Shown here in pieces: positions 24,871 to 45,345 of a stretch of DNA of 64,000 bases (position 1 is the stretch's first letter; each line of letters opens with the position of its first letter). A program made the position numbers and the translations under genes. Below the pieces are notes generated by a model that worked only from the letters and a program-made list of their open reading frames with translations, did no database searches and was not told where the DNA came from. Origin of the DNA: Anaeramoeba ignava BMAN (Eukaryota > Protista > Anaeramoebae); contig JAPDFW010000077.1 in assembly GCA_028826165.1 (NCBI GenBank), positions 62,001-126,000 of the forward strand, in the 5' to 3' direction.

Positions 24871-27800
24871 TTAAAAATTAATCAAAGCAAAAGGTCTAAG
24901 TAATTCAACATCAGGAACAATATAATATTGATTATCTTTTTGATAAATATATTTTCCTTCAATAAAACAAACTTGAACCAAAAACATTTGATGAGTACTA
25001 TCACAATAACCAACAGAAATATTAGGATTTCTTGCAAAATAAGTTCCTCTTCCAAAAGCGTTACGATTTTGATGATTAACATCAAATCCTGATTTACAAA
25101 TAGGATAAACTGAATCTTGTTTTGTTCCATGAAATCCCCATAAAATTCCATGAAATTTTCTTGATTCACTGTTTTTTTGAAGAACATATTTAAATCTTGT
25201 TTCCAAAAAATGATTTTCAATAATTTTGATACTTTGGATTTTTGAAGGTGATTGTTTTTCACTTTGAGAATTCCAAATATTTTTAATCATAAATTCTTCT
25301 GCTTCTGATGCATTTCTTAATTTATATTTTTTGGGAATTGATTTATAATTATCATATTTTCCTTTATCATCAAAATAAAATCTGCTTTTATTTTTTGGAC
25401 CACATTTATGTTGATATTTGCAATTTAAATCTTTACAATTTCCGTTTTTTTTAAAATGTTTACAATCTATTTTTTTAGTTTTTTTAAATGGAGCTTTAAA
25501 AAAAATTTTTGAATAACTCATTTTATTTTTCTGATTATGATTGCGATTATGTTTGTGATTTCGTTTTTTATGATTGTGATTTTTGTTTTTATCATAATCA
25601 TCAACTGAATCAAAAGTAATTTGTAAATTTTCAGTTTCTAATTTTGATAAATGATATGAATTTAAAGGATTTGGATGTTGATATTTGCAATTTGGATTTG
25701 TACATCCTTTTGCAGTATCAAGATATTTGCATCTAAGAAATTGATGAGGATGTCTTTTTTTACAAGTTTTAAAACAATACCCTTTATTAAAAAAATGCCA
25801 ACATAATCCATTTTGTTTACAAAATTCTTCTGTTACTATTGGTGGATAATGAATACTTTTTGTTCTTATCATCTTTTGTTTTTTTTTTGGAGCTTGCATT
25901 ACTCCCGTATCACCAATTCGATCAAAAATTTCTTTTTCAACAATTGCTATTTTGATTTTTTTATATGAATAATAAAAAATGATTTGGAATTAAATCAAAA
26001 AATCTTTTTCAAATTATTTCTTTATTATCTTACCAATTTTTGGAAATTGATTTGGATATTCATTTTGGTATTGACATTCATTTGAATATTCATTTTGATA
26101 TTGATATTGATTTGGATTTTGAATTTGATATTGATTTTGATATTGATTTTGATTTGGATATTCATTTTGATATTCATTTGAATATGAATCTGAATATGAA
26201 CTTGAATCTGAATATGAATCTGAATATGAATTTGAATTTGAATCTGAATATGAATATGATCTTGGACTCGAATCTGAATTTGAATTTGAATATGAGCTTA
26301 AACTTGAATATGTTCTTGATTTTGAATTTGAATTTGAATTTGAAGTTGATTTTGAATTTGATATTGAAGTTGATATTGAATTTGATATTGAATTTGGTTT
26401 TGATTTTGATTTTGATATTGATTTTGATATTGAATTTGATTTTGATTTTGATTTTGATTTAAATTTGGATCTTGATCTTGATTTAAATTTGGATCTTGAT
26501 TTTGATTTAAATTTGGATCTTGATCTTGATCTTGATCTTGATTTTGAATTTGATTTTGAATTTGAATTTGATCTTGATTTTGAATTTGATTTTGATATTG
26601 AATTTGAATTTGATTTTGAATTTGAATTTGAATTTGATTTTGATTTTGATTTTGATATTGATTTTGATATTGAATTTGATTTTGAATTTGATATTGAATT
26701 TGATATTGAATTTGAATTTGATTTTGAATTTGAATTTGATTTTGATTTTGAAGTTGATTTTGATTTTGATATTGAATTTGATATTGAATTTGATTTTGAA
26801 GTTGATTTTGAATTTGATTTTGATTCTTCTTGTGCATCTGAATCTGTTTGTGTTTCTGATTCTGTTTCTGTTTCTTTTTTTTTTGAATTTAAATTTGAAT
26901 TTGATTTTGATTTTAAATTTGAATTTAAATTTGAATTTAATTTTAATTTTAAATTTGAATTTAAATTTAAAGTTGATTTTGATTTTAATTTTAATTTTGA
27001 TTTTGATTTTGAATTTGATTTTGAAGTTGATTTTGTTTTTGGATTTGAATTTGGTTCTGATTCTGATTCTGATTCTGATTTTGATTCTGTTGATGATTCT
27101 GATTCTGATTTTGATTCTGATTCTGATTTTGATTTTGATTTTGAAGTTGAAGTTGATTTTGATTTTGAATTTGGTTCTGATTTTGATTCTGTTGATGATT
27201 CTGATTCTGAATTTGATTTTGATTTTGATTCTGTTGATGATTCTGATTTTGATTTTGATTCTGATTCTGATTCTGATTTTGATTTTGATTTTGAATTTGG
27301 TTCTGATTCTGATTCTGATTCTGATTTTGATTTTGAATTTGGTTCTGATTCTGATTCTGATTCTGATTTTGAATTTAATTTTAAATTTGAATTTAATTTT
27401 GAATTTAATTTTGAATTTGAATTTAATTTTGAATCTAATTTTGAATTTGATTTTGAATTTAATTTTGAATTTAATTTTGAATTTAATTTTAATTTTGATT
27501 TTGGTTTTGATTTTGATTCTGATTTTGAATTTAATTTTAAATCTGAATTTAATTTTGAATTTAATTTTGAATTTAAATTTGAATTTAAATTTGAATTTGA
27601 TTTTGAATTTGATTTTAAATTTGAATTTAATTTTAAATTTGAATTTAATTTTGAATTTAATTTTGAATTTAATTTTGAATTTAATTTTGAATTTAATTTT
27701 GAATTTAATTTTGGATTTGAATTTGGTTTTGATTCTGTTGATGATTTTGATTCTGATTCTGATTTTAAATTTGAATTTAATTTTGAATTTAATTTTGAAT

Positions 27801-28347
27801 TTAATTTTGAATTTAATTTTGAATTTAAATTTGAATTTAAATTTGAATTTAATTTTAATTTTGAAGTTGATTTTGTTTTTGGATTTGAATTTGGTTCTGA
27901 TTCTGATTCTGATTCTGATTCTGATTTTGATTCTGTTGATGATTCTGATTTTGAATTTGATATTGAATTTGGTTTTGATTCTGTTGATGATTCTGATTTT
28001 GATTCTGTTGATGATTTTGATTTTGATTTTGATATTGAATTTGATTTTGATTTTGATTTTGATTTTAATTTTGAATTTAATTTTGAATTTGATTTTAATT
28101 TTGAATTTAATTTTGAATTTAATTTTAAATTTGGTTTTGATTCTGATTTTGATTTTGATTTTGATTCTGATTCTGATTTTGATTCTGATTCTGATTCTGA
28201 TTCTGATTCTGTTAATGATTCTATTTTTAATTTTGAATTTGGTTTTGATTCTGATTTTGATTCTGATTCTGTTGATGATTCTGTTTCCGAAAGTATTTTT
28301 AATTTGCTATTTTTCCTTTTATTTTTTTTTGATTTTTTTGAATTCAT
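24871..28347 (-). CDS. CCCH x3 + mono-ART, copy 7 (intact, 1129 aa); exon 1 28347..26034, intron 26033..25947, exon 2 25946..24871
   Basis: Junction QFPKI|[15 protein letters not shown]; three CCCH; FHGT, GRGTYFA, QYYIVPD. Confidence 0.92.
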
Positions 28348-28608
28348 TTTGAAAAAAAAACTGACAAAAAAAAAATGACAAAAAAAAATGAAAATAAAAA
28401 ATAAAAATAAGTGGACATTTTGTTCTTAAAAGAAAATGAGAAATAAATTAAAGAGTTTTTTATTTAATTCAAATTTAATTTTGGTTTTTAACAAAAAAGA
28501 AAAAAGGGAAAAGAAGTTATCGATCTTTAAAATAAAAAAAAACTTGTCTGATTTCGTTTTAATTTTTATTTTTTTTTTATTTTTTTTTATTTAATTTAAA
28601 AAAGAAAA

Positions 28609-32140
<3,532 letters not shown>

Positions 32141-32409
32141 TTCTTTTTAAATTGAAAATAAAAAAATTGAAAAAATGAAAAAATGAAAAAAAAAATTCCA
32201 AATAAAACTCAAAAAATTAAAAAATTCCAAAAATTTTTGTTTTAATTTCCTTTTTTATCCAAACAAAAAATATTGAATAAAATGATAAAATTTGATTTTG
32301 ATTTTGAATTTAATTTTGAATTTGATTTTGAATTTGAATTTGAATCTGATTTTGATTTTGAATTTGATTTATATTTTGAATTTGAATTTGATTTATTTAA
32401 AAAAGAAAA

Positions 32410-35400
32410 TTATTTTTGATCTGGAACATCTTGATATTCTGATTGGATTTCTTCTGGTCTTCCTTTAATCCAAGGATGTTCTAAAATTTGATCTGCAGTA
32501 ATTCTCTTTTTTGGATCAATAACTAAACATCTTCGAATCAAATTTTTTGCTTTTTTTTTTAATATAAATATTTTGAATTTAATATAAATATTTTGAATTT
32601 AAAATAAATATTTTGAATTTAAAATAAATATTTTAGATTTAAATATAAATATTTTGGATTTAATATAAATATTTTGGATTTAAAATAAATAATTACCTGC
32701 AACTGAAACATCTTCAAAAATTTCATTTGGAAAATCAAGTTCACATCGAGTAATTTGTCTTGCTAATGATGGTCTAGAATCTGAAGAAAAAGGCATATAT
32801 CCACATAATCTTTAAATATATTTTTTGTTAAATTGAAATTAAATTGAAATTGAAATTCAAATTGAAATAAATACAAAATATAAAGAATAACTCCACATGA
32901 CCAAATATCACATTCTTTTCCATATCCTGTTTTATTATCAATAACTTCTGGTGCAAGATATTGTAAAGTTCCTGCAAAAGTGTTAAATTTATCTGTTTGT
33001 GTAATAATTCTTGATAATCCAAAATCAACAATTTTAATATCAATATCTGAATCTTTTGAAACTAATAAAATATTTTCAGGCTATTTTTTCATTTTGATTT
33101 AATATTTATTTTTCATTTTGATTTAATATTTTTATAATATTTATAATATTTATAATAAAAATACTTTTAAATCTCTATGAACAATTCCTTTTCTGTGTAA
33201 ATATTGAATAGCTGATGCAATTTTTTCAAAAACAATTCTTGATTCTTCTTCATTATATCTTCCTTTTTCCTTGAATTCTATCAAGTAACTCTCCACCAAC
33301 ACACCTAATTTATTAATTATTTAATTATTTAATATTTAATTATTTAATTATTTAATTATTTAATTATTTAATTATTTAATTATTTAATTATTTAATTATT
33401 TAATTATTTAATTATTTAAATATTTAATTATTTAATTATTTAATTATTTAATTATTTAATTATTTAATATTTAATATTTAATTATTTAATTATTTAATTA
33501 TTTAATTATTTAATTATTTAATTATTTTAATATTTAATTATTTACATTTCTTTTAATATTTATTTATTTATTTTATTTTAATTTTTTTAATATTTATTTA
33601 ACATTTAATTTTTTATTTAATATTTTATTTAATATTAATTTAAAATTTCAATTTAATTTAAATATAATATTTTTTTTTTTAATATTTCTATTATTTAATT
33701 ATTTAATTATTTAATTATTTAATTTTTATTTGATAGAAAATTTTGAAAAATTAAAATTTTTGTTTTTAATATTTTTTATTTAATTATTTAATTATTAATT
33801 ATTTTTTATTTAATATTTAATTATTAATTATTTTTTATTTGATATTTCACAAATCAATAACAAGATATAAAATATTTGGTGAATCAAAAATATCTTTTGC
33901 TGAAACAACTGATGGATGTCTAATCTTTTTCAAAATATTAATTTCATCCATTAATCTATCTCTTTCAACTTTTGTTTGCTATTTATATTTATTTTTATAT
34001 TTATTATTATTTTTACATTTCTTTTAAATAAATATTATTTATACATTTGGAACATATTTTTCTTTATCAATCATTTTAATTGCATATTTTTCTCCTGTTT
34101 TTTTATCAGTTCCAAGTTTTACTGTTGCATAATTTCCACTTTTATTTTTTTTGGGATATTAATTTAAAATAATCAAACGAGATATTATTAATATTGATTT
34201 TATTTTTAGTTATAGCTTTACACTCCAAGAACTCTTTGAACATCATAAAATTCATAAAGTTTTGACTTTTGATTATTTTTATTTGATAGAAAGTTTGAAA
34301 AAAATTTAAAATTTGATTTGTTTTTTTTTTTGAGTATTAATTTTTTACTTCTGTTTGTCGATCTTTTGGCACAATTGAGTAATCTTTAAAAATAAAATTG
34401 GCAACTAAATTGATTTGAATTAATTTAAAATAAATTAAATTGAATAAATTAAATTGATTTAAATTGAATTAAAATAAATAAATTAAATTAAATTAAATTA
34501 AATTAAATTAAATTAAATTAAATTAAATACCAGGAGGAGGAGATTTTGGTTTTCGAGTATAAATAAAAGAAATATCATCACCATGAAGTAAAATAACTTC
34601 TTCATTTCCTTTTCCTACTAACTATTTTATATTTCAATTTAATAATTAATATTCAATAATTAATATTCAAATTAAATATTAATCCAAATTCAATTTCCAA
34701 ATAAATATTTACTGAACCATTAACATAAGTTCCATTTTCTGAAAGATCTTTCAATTTTATTATAAAAGGTTTTGAATCTGAGGATTCATCAACTATTCTA
34801 TAAATTTCACAATGATAACTACTTATTCTTTTATCTCTAATTCTATATTGACATTTTCTTGATCTACCCATTGTAACTTTAATTCATTTCAATATTTAAT
34901 TCAATATTTATTTCAATATTTATTTTAATATTTATTTTAATATTTAATTTAATATTTAATTTAATATTTATTTTAATATTTAATTTTTAATATTTATTTT
35001 AATATTTATTTTAATATTTATTTTAATATTTATTTTAATATTTATTTATTTTATTTTAATATTTATTTTTAATATTTATTTTTAATATTTATTTTTAATA
35101 TTTATTTTATTTTTATATTTTATTTTTAATATTTATGTTTATTCTTCAATATTTATTTTCAATATTTAATTTAATATTTAATTTAAATATTTAATTAAAT
35201 ATTTGTTTATAATATTTATTTCAATATTTTAATTTAATATTTAATTTATTTATTTTATTTATTTTAATATTTATTTTTAATTTATATTTTATTTTAATAT
35301 TTATTTTTAATATTTATTTTAAAATATTTATTTTAAATATTTATTTATTTTTAATATTTATTTTTTAATATTTAATTTAATATTTATTTTTATTTATTTT

Positions 35401-35697
35401 TATTTTAATATTTATTTTATTTATTTTAATATTTAATTTAATATTTATTTAATTATTTTTTTAAGGAAAGCAAAAAAAAATCAATTAAAAATCAATAATA
35501 AAAATTATTTAAATACCTTTATCAATTGTATTTAATTCAAAATCTAGAAATTTTGGATTTAAAGAATGTAACTTTCCCCAAGTTTTTGCTTGTTGTTTTT
35601 GATTTTCATCTTCTGATTCAGAATCTTCTGCTTTTTCAACATCTCCAAAATTTTCTTTTTCAATTTCTTTTTCTTTTTCTTTTTCTTGATTGTCCAT
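32410..35697 (-). CDS. FHA-domain Ser/Thr kinase, paralog B, multi-exon
   Basis: Same exon structure as A: [53 protein letters not shown]. Confidence 0.9.
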
Positions 35698-35989
35698 TTG
35701 TTTTGTTTTAATTTGTTTTATTTTATTTTATTTTATTTTATTTTATTTTTTTTGCTTTAAAATTTCAAACAGTTTTTTTAATTGAAAAAAAAAATGAAAA
35801 AAAAAATTTAAAAAAAAAATTAAAATAAAATCAAAAAAAAGAATTAAAATTAATTAATAATTAAAGATTGAAATGGGATTGATTAAAGAAAAAGAAAAAA
35901 AACCAAAAAAAAATAATTGAGAATTATTTTGATTTTATTGAAAAAAAAGAAATGAAATCGAAAAAAGAAAAGAAATTGAAAAAAGAAAA

Positions 35990-39608
<3,619 letters not shown>

Positions 39609-39788
39609 GTTTTTAATTTCTTTAATTAAAATAATTTAAAAAAAAAAAAGTTCAAATTTAAAATTGGAAAATTTAAAAGGAAATCTTTTTAACTGAAAAG
39701 GAAAAAAATGAAAAAAAAAAAAATTTTATTTTTAAAAAGAAAAGAAAAAAAGAAAAAAAAGAGAGAAAATTGTTTTTGAAAAGAAGAA

Positions 39789-42662
39789 CTATTTTTTAGT
39801 TTTAAATTTTTTAACTTGAGCCAATAATTTTTTAGCAGTTTCATCTTTTACAAAATGTTCTCTAACTGGTTCTAATAATTTATTTAAATTAGTAGCAACT
39901 GCTTTCTTTAAATCTGCTGGATGTAATTTACCATCAACATAATCTTTAACAACTTCATCATAAGAATTATAAACACTAATTAATTTAAAAAAAAATTAAT
40001 AAAATAAATTTAAAAATCAATTAAAAAATCAATTAAAAAATCAATTTAAAAATCAATTAATTTGTTCTCATTTTTTTTTTACATATTTCCTCCATCTTTT
40101 TCTTTACGAATAACTTCTAATTTTGCAAACTTTTCAAATATTAAATATTTTAAATAATCAAAAATTGGATTTTTTTCAATAACTTTTGGTGGACAAAATG
40201 CTTTCTTAATCTTTGAATTAACTTCTACTTCTGTATCTTCCATAAAAATTGCTGACATTGGATCACTTTTTGACATTTTTTCTTGTCCTTCTTTTAATCC
40301 CAAAATCATATCTATCAAAATTAATTTTTATAAAATTAATTTTAATTTCATAAATGAATTTTAATTTTAATTTTAATTTTAATTTTAATTTTTAATTTTA
40401 ATTTTAATTTTAATTTTAATTTTAATTTTAATTTTAATTTTAATTTTAATTTTAATTTTGATTTTAATTTTAATTTTGATTTTAATTTTAATTTTAATTT
40501 TAATTTTAATTTTAATTTTAATTTTAATTTTAATTTTTAATTTTAAATAATTTTAATTTTAATTTTAATTTTAATTTTTAATTTTAATTTTTAATTTTAA
40601 TTTTTAATTTTAATTTTAATTTTAATTTTTAAATAATTTTTAATTTTAATTTTAATTTTAATTTTAATTTTAATTTTAATTTTAATTTTAATTTTAATTT
40701 TAATTTTAATTTTAATTTTAATTTTAATTTTAATTTTAATTTTAATTTTAATTTTAATTTTAATTTTAATTTTAATTTTAATTTTAATTTTAATTTTATA
40801 AATAAATGAATTTTAATTTTATAAATGAATTTTAATTTTCATTAAAAGTAGAAACAGTACGATGAGATAAAATAATAGGTTTAAATTTTCTTTTAGTTAA
40901 ATCGCAATATTCTCTTGCAAGAACATTAACTTTTCTTTGATCCAGACCCAATTGACAAATATCAGCCTTTAAAAAGAAAATATCAGCAGCTTGCATACAA
41001 GGATAGAAAATTTGAGAAGCAGATAAACTTTCAGGATCAGAACGACCCATAATTTGACTGCAACGTTGAATTCTTTTGACTGAGTTTCTCCGTGCTATGT
41101 CAATTACAAGAGGCCAATATTCTCCTCCTCGTGAAATGATCTCTTCGGAACTCCATACAAATGATACATTCTCCATATTCATTCCACATGCTTTCCAAAT
41201 CTCAATCATATATTTTCCAACAGTTTGTATTTTTTTTAAATCTCCATCTAAATTTATCAATTAATTTTAATTTTAATTTTGTAAATGAATTTTAATTTTA
41301 ATTTTAATATTAATTTTAATTTTGATTTTAATTTGAATTTTATAAATGAATTTTAATTTTAATTTTAATTTTAATTTTAATTTTATAAATGAATTTTAAT
41401 TTTATAAATGAATTTTAATTTTATAAATAAATGAATTTTAAATTTAATTTTAATTTTAATTTTAATTTTAATTTCAATTTTGATTTTAATTTTAATTTTA
41501 ATTTTAATTTCAATTTTAATTTTAATTTTAATTTTAATTTTAATTTTAATTTTAATTTTAATTTTAATTTTAATTTTAATTTTAATTTTATAAATGAATT
41601 TAAATTTTAATTTTAATTTTTTAATTTTAATTTTAATTTTATAAATGAATTTAAATTTAAATTTTTAATTTTAATTTTAATTTTAATTTTAATTTTAATT
41701 TTAATTTTGATTTTAATTTTAATTTTAATTTTGATTTTAATTTTGATTTTTAATTTTGATTTTAATTTTAATTTTAATTTTTAAATTTAATTTTATAAAT
41801 GAATTTCAATTTTAATTTAATTTTATAAATGAATTTTTAATTTTTATAAATGAATTTTAATTTTAATTTTAATTTTAATTTTAATTTTAATTTTAATTTT
41901 ATAAATGAATTTTTTGATTTTGATTTTAATTTTAATATTAATTTTAATTTTAATTTTAATTTTAATTTAATTTTAATTTTTTAATTTTATAAATGAATTT
42001 TTAATTTTGATTTTTAATTTTAATTTTAAATTTTAATTTTAATTTTAATTTTAATTTTGATTTTAATTTTAATTTTAATTTATAAATGAATTTTAATTTT
42101 AATTTTAATTTCAATTTTGATTTTAATTTATAAATGAATTTTAATTTTAATTTTAATTTTAATTTATAAATGAATTTTAATTTTATAAATGAATTTTAAT
42201 TTTAATTTTAATTTTAATTTTAATTTTATAAATGAATTTTAATTTTAAATTTAATTTTATAAATGAATTTTATAAATGAATTTTAATTTAATTTATACCG
42301 AATTTGTTATTCATCATTGCAAACCAATCAGCAATCCAAAAAATAAATTTGCAACCAGAAGAAGTTAATTTATTAACGTTAATTGATTTTAAAATTCCTT
42401 GAGCAATATGCATTCTTCCTGAAGGTTCAAAACCATCATAAGCAATTGGAGTTTTCTTTCTAGATAATAATTCAAAGAGTTCAGTATCAAGAATACATTC
42501 TTCACCAATACTTCTTATAGTTTTGTATCGTTTTTCATGTTCTTCATCAGCAAAATTAAAATCCATTTTTGGTTCTTGAATTTCTTTTGGAATTTCATCA
42601 TTTTCTTCTTGAATTTCTTGTTTTTCTTCTTGTTTTGTTTTTTCTTGATTATTGTCTGACAT
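39789..42662 (-). CDS. YARS: Tyrosyl-tRNA synthetase (cytosolic, archaeal/eukaryotic type); exons 42662..42299, 41247..40861, 40311..40083, 39975..39789
   Basis: YDGFEPSGRMHIAQG (HIGH-like), YPCMQAADIF, QLGLDQRK, KMSKS, LHPADLK; GT-AG junctions keep the frame. Confidence 0.95.
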
Positions 42663-42829
42663 TTTCTATTTTTAAATTATTTTTTAATTAAAGAATAAAT
42701 TTGAGAAAAAATGAAAAATGAAAAATAAAAAAATTTTTTTCTTTTATTTTTAAATAAAAAAAATTTAAATTACGCATAAATTACGATTTTATTACTCATT
42801 TAGAAAAAATATTATTCATTTTTTTTTCT

Positions 42830-45345
42830 TTTTTTATTCCACTTTTTTATTCCACTTTCATTTCATTTTCTATTCCATTTTTTATTATATTTTTTATTAT
42901 ATTTTTTATTATATTTTTTATTATATTCTTTATTATATTTTTTATTATATTCTTTATTCCACTTTTTTATTCCATTTTTTATTCAATTTTTTATTATATT
43001 TTTTATTATATTTTTTATTCCATTTTTATTCCACTTTTTTTATTATATTTTTATTATTTTTATTATATTTTTATTCAATTTTTATTATATTTTTATTATA
43101 TTTTTATTATATTTTTATTCCATTTTTATTATATTTTTATTATATTTTTATTCCATTTTTATTCCATTTTTATTCCATTTTTATTCTATTTTTATTCAAT
43201 TTTTATTATATTTTTATTATATTTTTATTCCACTTTTTATTCCACTTTTTATTCCATTTTCTATTCAATTTTTATTCAATTTTTATTCCATTTTTATTCT
43301 ATTTTTTATTGTATTTTTTTATTATATTTTTATTATATTTTTATTATATTCTTTATTGTAATTATTATATTTTTATTCCATTTTTATTCAATTTTTATTC
43401 CACTTTTATTCAATTTTTATTCCATTTTTATTCCGCTTTTTATTCCACTTTTTATTTCATTTTTATTTTCATTTTTATTTCATTTTTATTCCATTCTTTA
43501 TTCCACTTTTTATTCAGTTTTTTTATTATATTTTCTATTATATTTTCTATTATATTTTTATTCAGTTTTTATTCAATTTTTATTCAATTTTTTATTGTAT
43601 TCTTTATTATATTTTTATTATATTTTTATTGTATTTTTGTTAATTTTTGTTATGTTTTTATTATATTCTTTATTATATTTTTATTCCACTTTTATTTCAT
43701 TTTTATTCAATTTTTATTATATTTTTTATTATATTTTTTATTATATTTTTTATTATATTTTTATTATATTTTTATTCAATTTTTATTCAATTTTTTATTC
43801 CACTTTTTATTCCACTTTTTATTATATTTTTATTATATTTTTATTATATTTTTATTCCACTTTTTATTCCATTTTTATTCCATTTTTATTCTATTTTTAT
43901 TCCATTTTTATTCTATTTTTATTATATTTTTATTCAATTTTTATTTTTTTATTATATTTTTATTATATTTTTTATTCAATTTTTTATTCCATTTTTTATT
44001 CCACTTTTTATTCAATTTTTTATTCAATTTTTTATTCAATTTTTTATTCAATTTTTTATTCCACTTTTTATTATATTTTCTATTCCACTTTTTATTCCAT
44101 TTTTTATTCCATTTTTTATTCCACTTTTATTCAATTTTCTATTATATTTTTTATTCAATTTTTTATTCCATTTCTTATTCAATTTTTATTATATTTTTAT
44201 TATATTTTTATTATATTTTTATTATATTCTTTATTATGTTTTATTCAATTTTTATTATATTTTTATTCCATTTTTATTCAGTTTTTATTCAATTTTTATT
44301 ATATTTTTATTCCACTTTTTATTATATTTTTTATTATATTTTTTTATTATATTTTTATTCAATTTTCTATTCCATTTTTATTCCATTTTTATTATATTTT
44401 TATTCCATTTTTATTATATTTTTATTATATTTTTATTATATTTTTATTCCACTTTTTATTTCATTTTTATTATATTTTTATTATATTTTTATTATATTTT
44501 TATTATATTTTTATTCCACTTTTTATTCAATTTTTATTATATTTTTATTATGTTTTTATTATATTTATTATTATGTTTTTTATTATATTTTTATTATATT
44601 TTTATTCCATTTTTATTCCATTTTTATTATATTTTTATTATATTTTTATTCAATTTTTATTATATTTTTATTCCACTTTTTATTCAATTTTTATTATATT
44701 TTTATTATATTTATTATTATATTTTTATTATTTTTTTATTATATTTTTATTCCTTTTTTATTCCACTTTTTATTATATTTTTATTCCATTTTATATTATA
44801 TTTTTATTCAATTTTTATTATATTTTTATTCCACTTTTTATTTCATTTTTATTATATTTATTATTCAATTTTTATTATATTTTTATTCCATTTTTATTAT
44901 ATTTTTATTCCATTTTTATTATATTTTTTATTATATTTTTATTCCACTTTTTATTCAATTTTTATTCCACTTTTTATTCCATTTTTATTATATTTTTATT
45001 ATATTTTTATTGTATTTTTATTATATTTTTATTATATTTTTATTATATTTTTATTCCATTTTTATTATATTTTTATTATATTTTTATATTTTTATTCCAT
45101 TTTTTATTCCACTTTTTATTCAATTTTTATTATATTTTTATTATATTTTTATTATATTTTTATATTTTTATTCCATTTTTATTCCATTTTTATTATATTT
45201 TTATTCTATTTTTATTCCACTTTTTATTCCACTTTTTATTCCACTTTTTATTATATTTTTTATTATATTCTTTATTATATTTTTTATTATATTTTTTATT
45301 ATATTTTTTATTATATTCTTTATTATATTTATATTTATATTAATA
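42830..45345. repeat. ~2.5-kb degenerate 11-12-bp satellite (TTTTATTATAT / TTTTATTCCAC / TTTTATTCAAT) between divergent TyrRS and PAS-GAF genes
   Basis: Direct inspection; it produces stop-free F/Y/I ORFs in all three + frames. Confidence 0.9.

Noticed and set aside
2906-25262. Recurrent alternative-frame ORF 'MKIFG...IFWKQDLN...FYGDFMEQ' overlapping every ART domain
   Set aside because: Its conservation follows from paralogy of the main frame and AT-rich codon bias; starts are mostly non-ATG and ends vary.
27-28378. Many long + strand ORFs rich in FD/LI (e.g. 471..2369, 4910..6946, 13221..15020, 26465..28378) and minus-strand poly-KI ORFs
   Set aside because: Antisense or alternative-frame shadows of (AATCAA)n coding repeats; no protein-like complexity.
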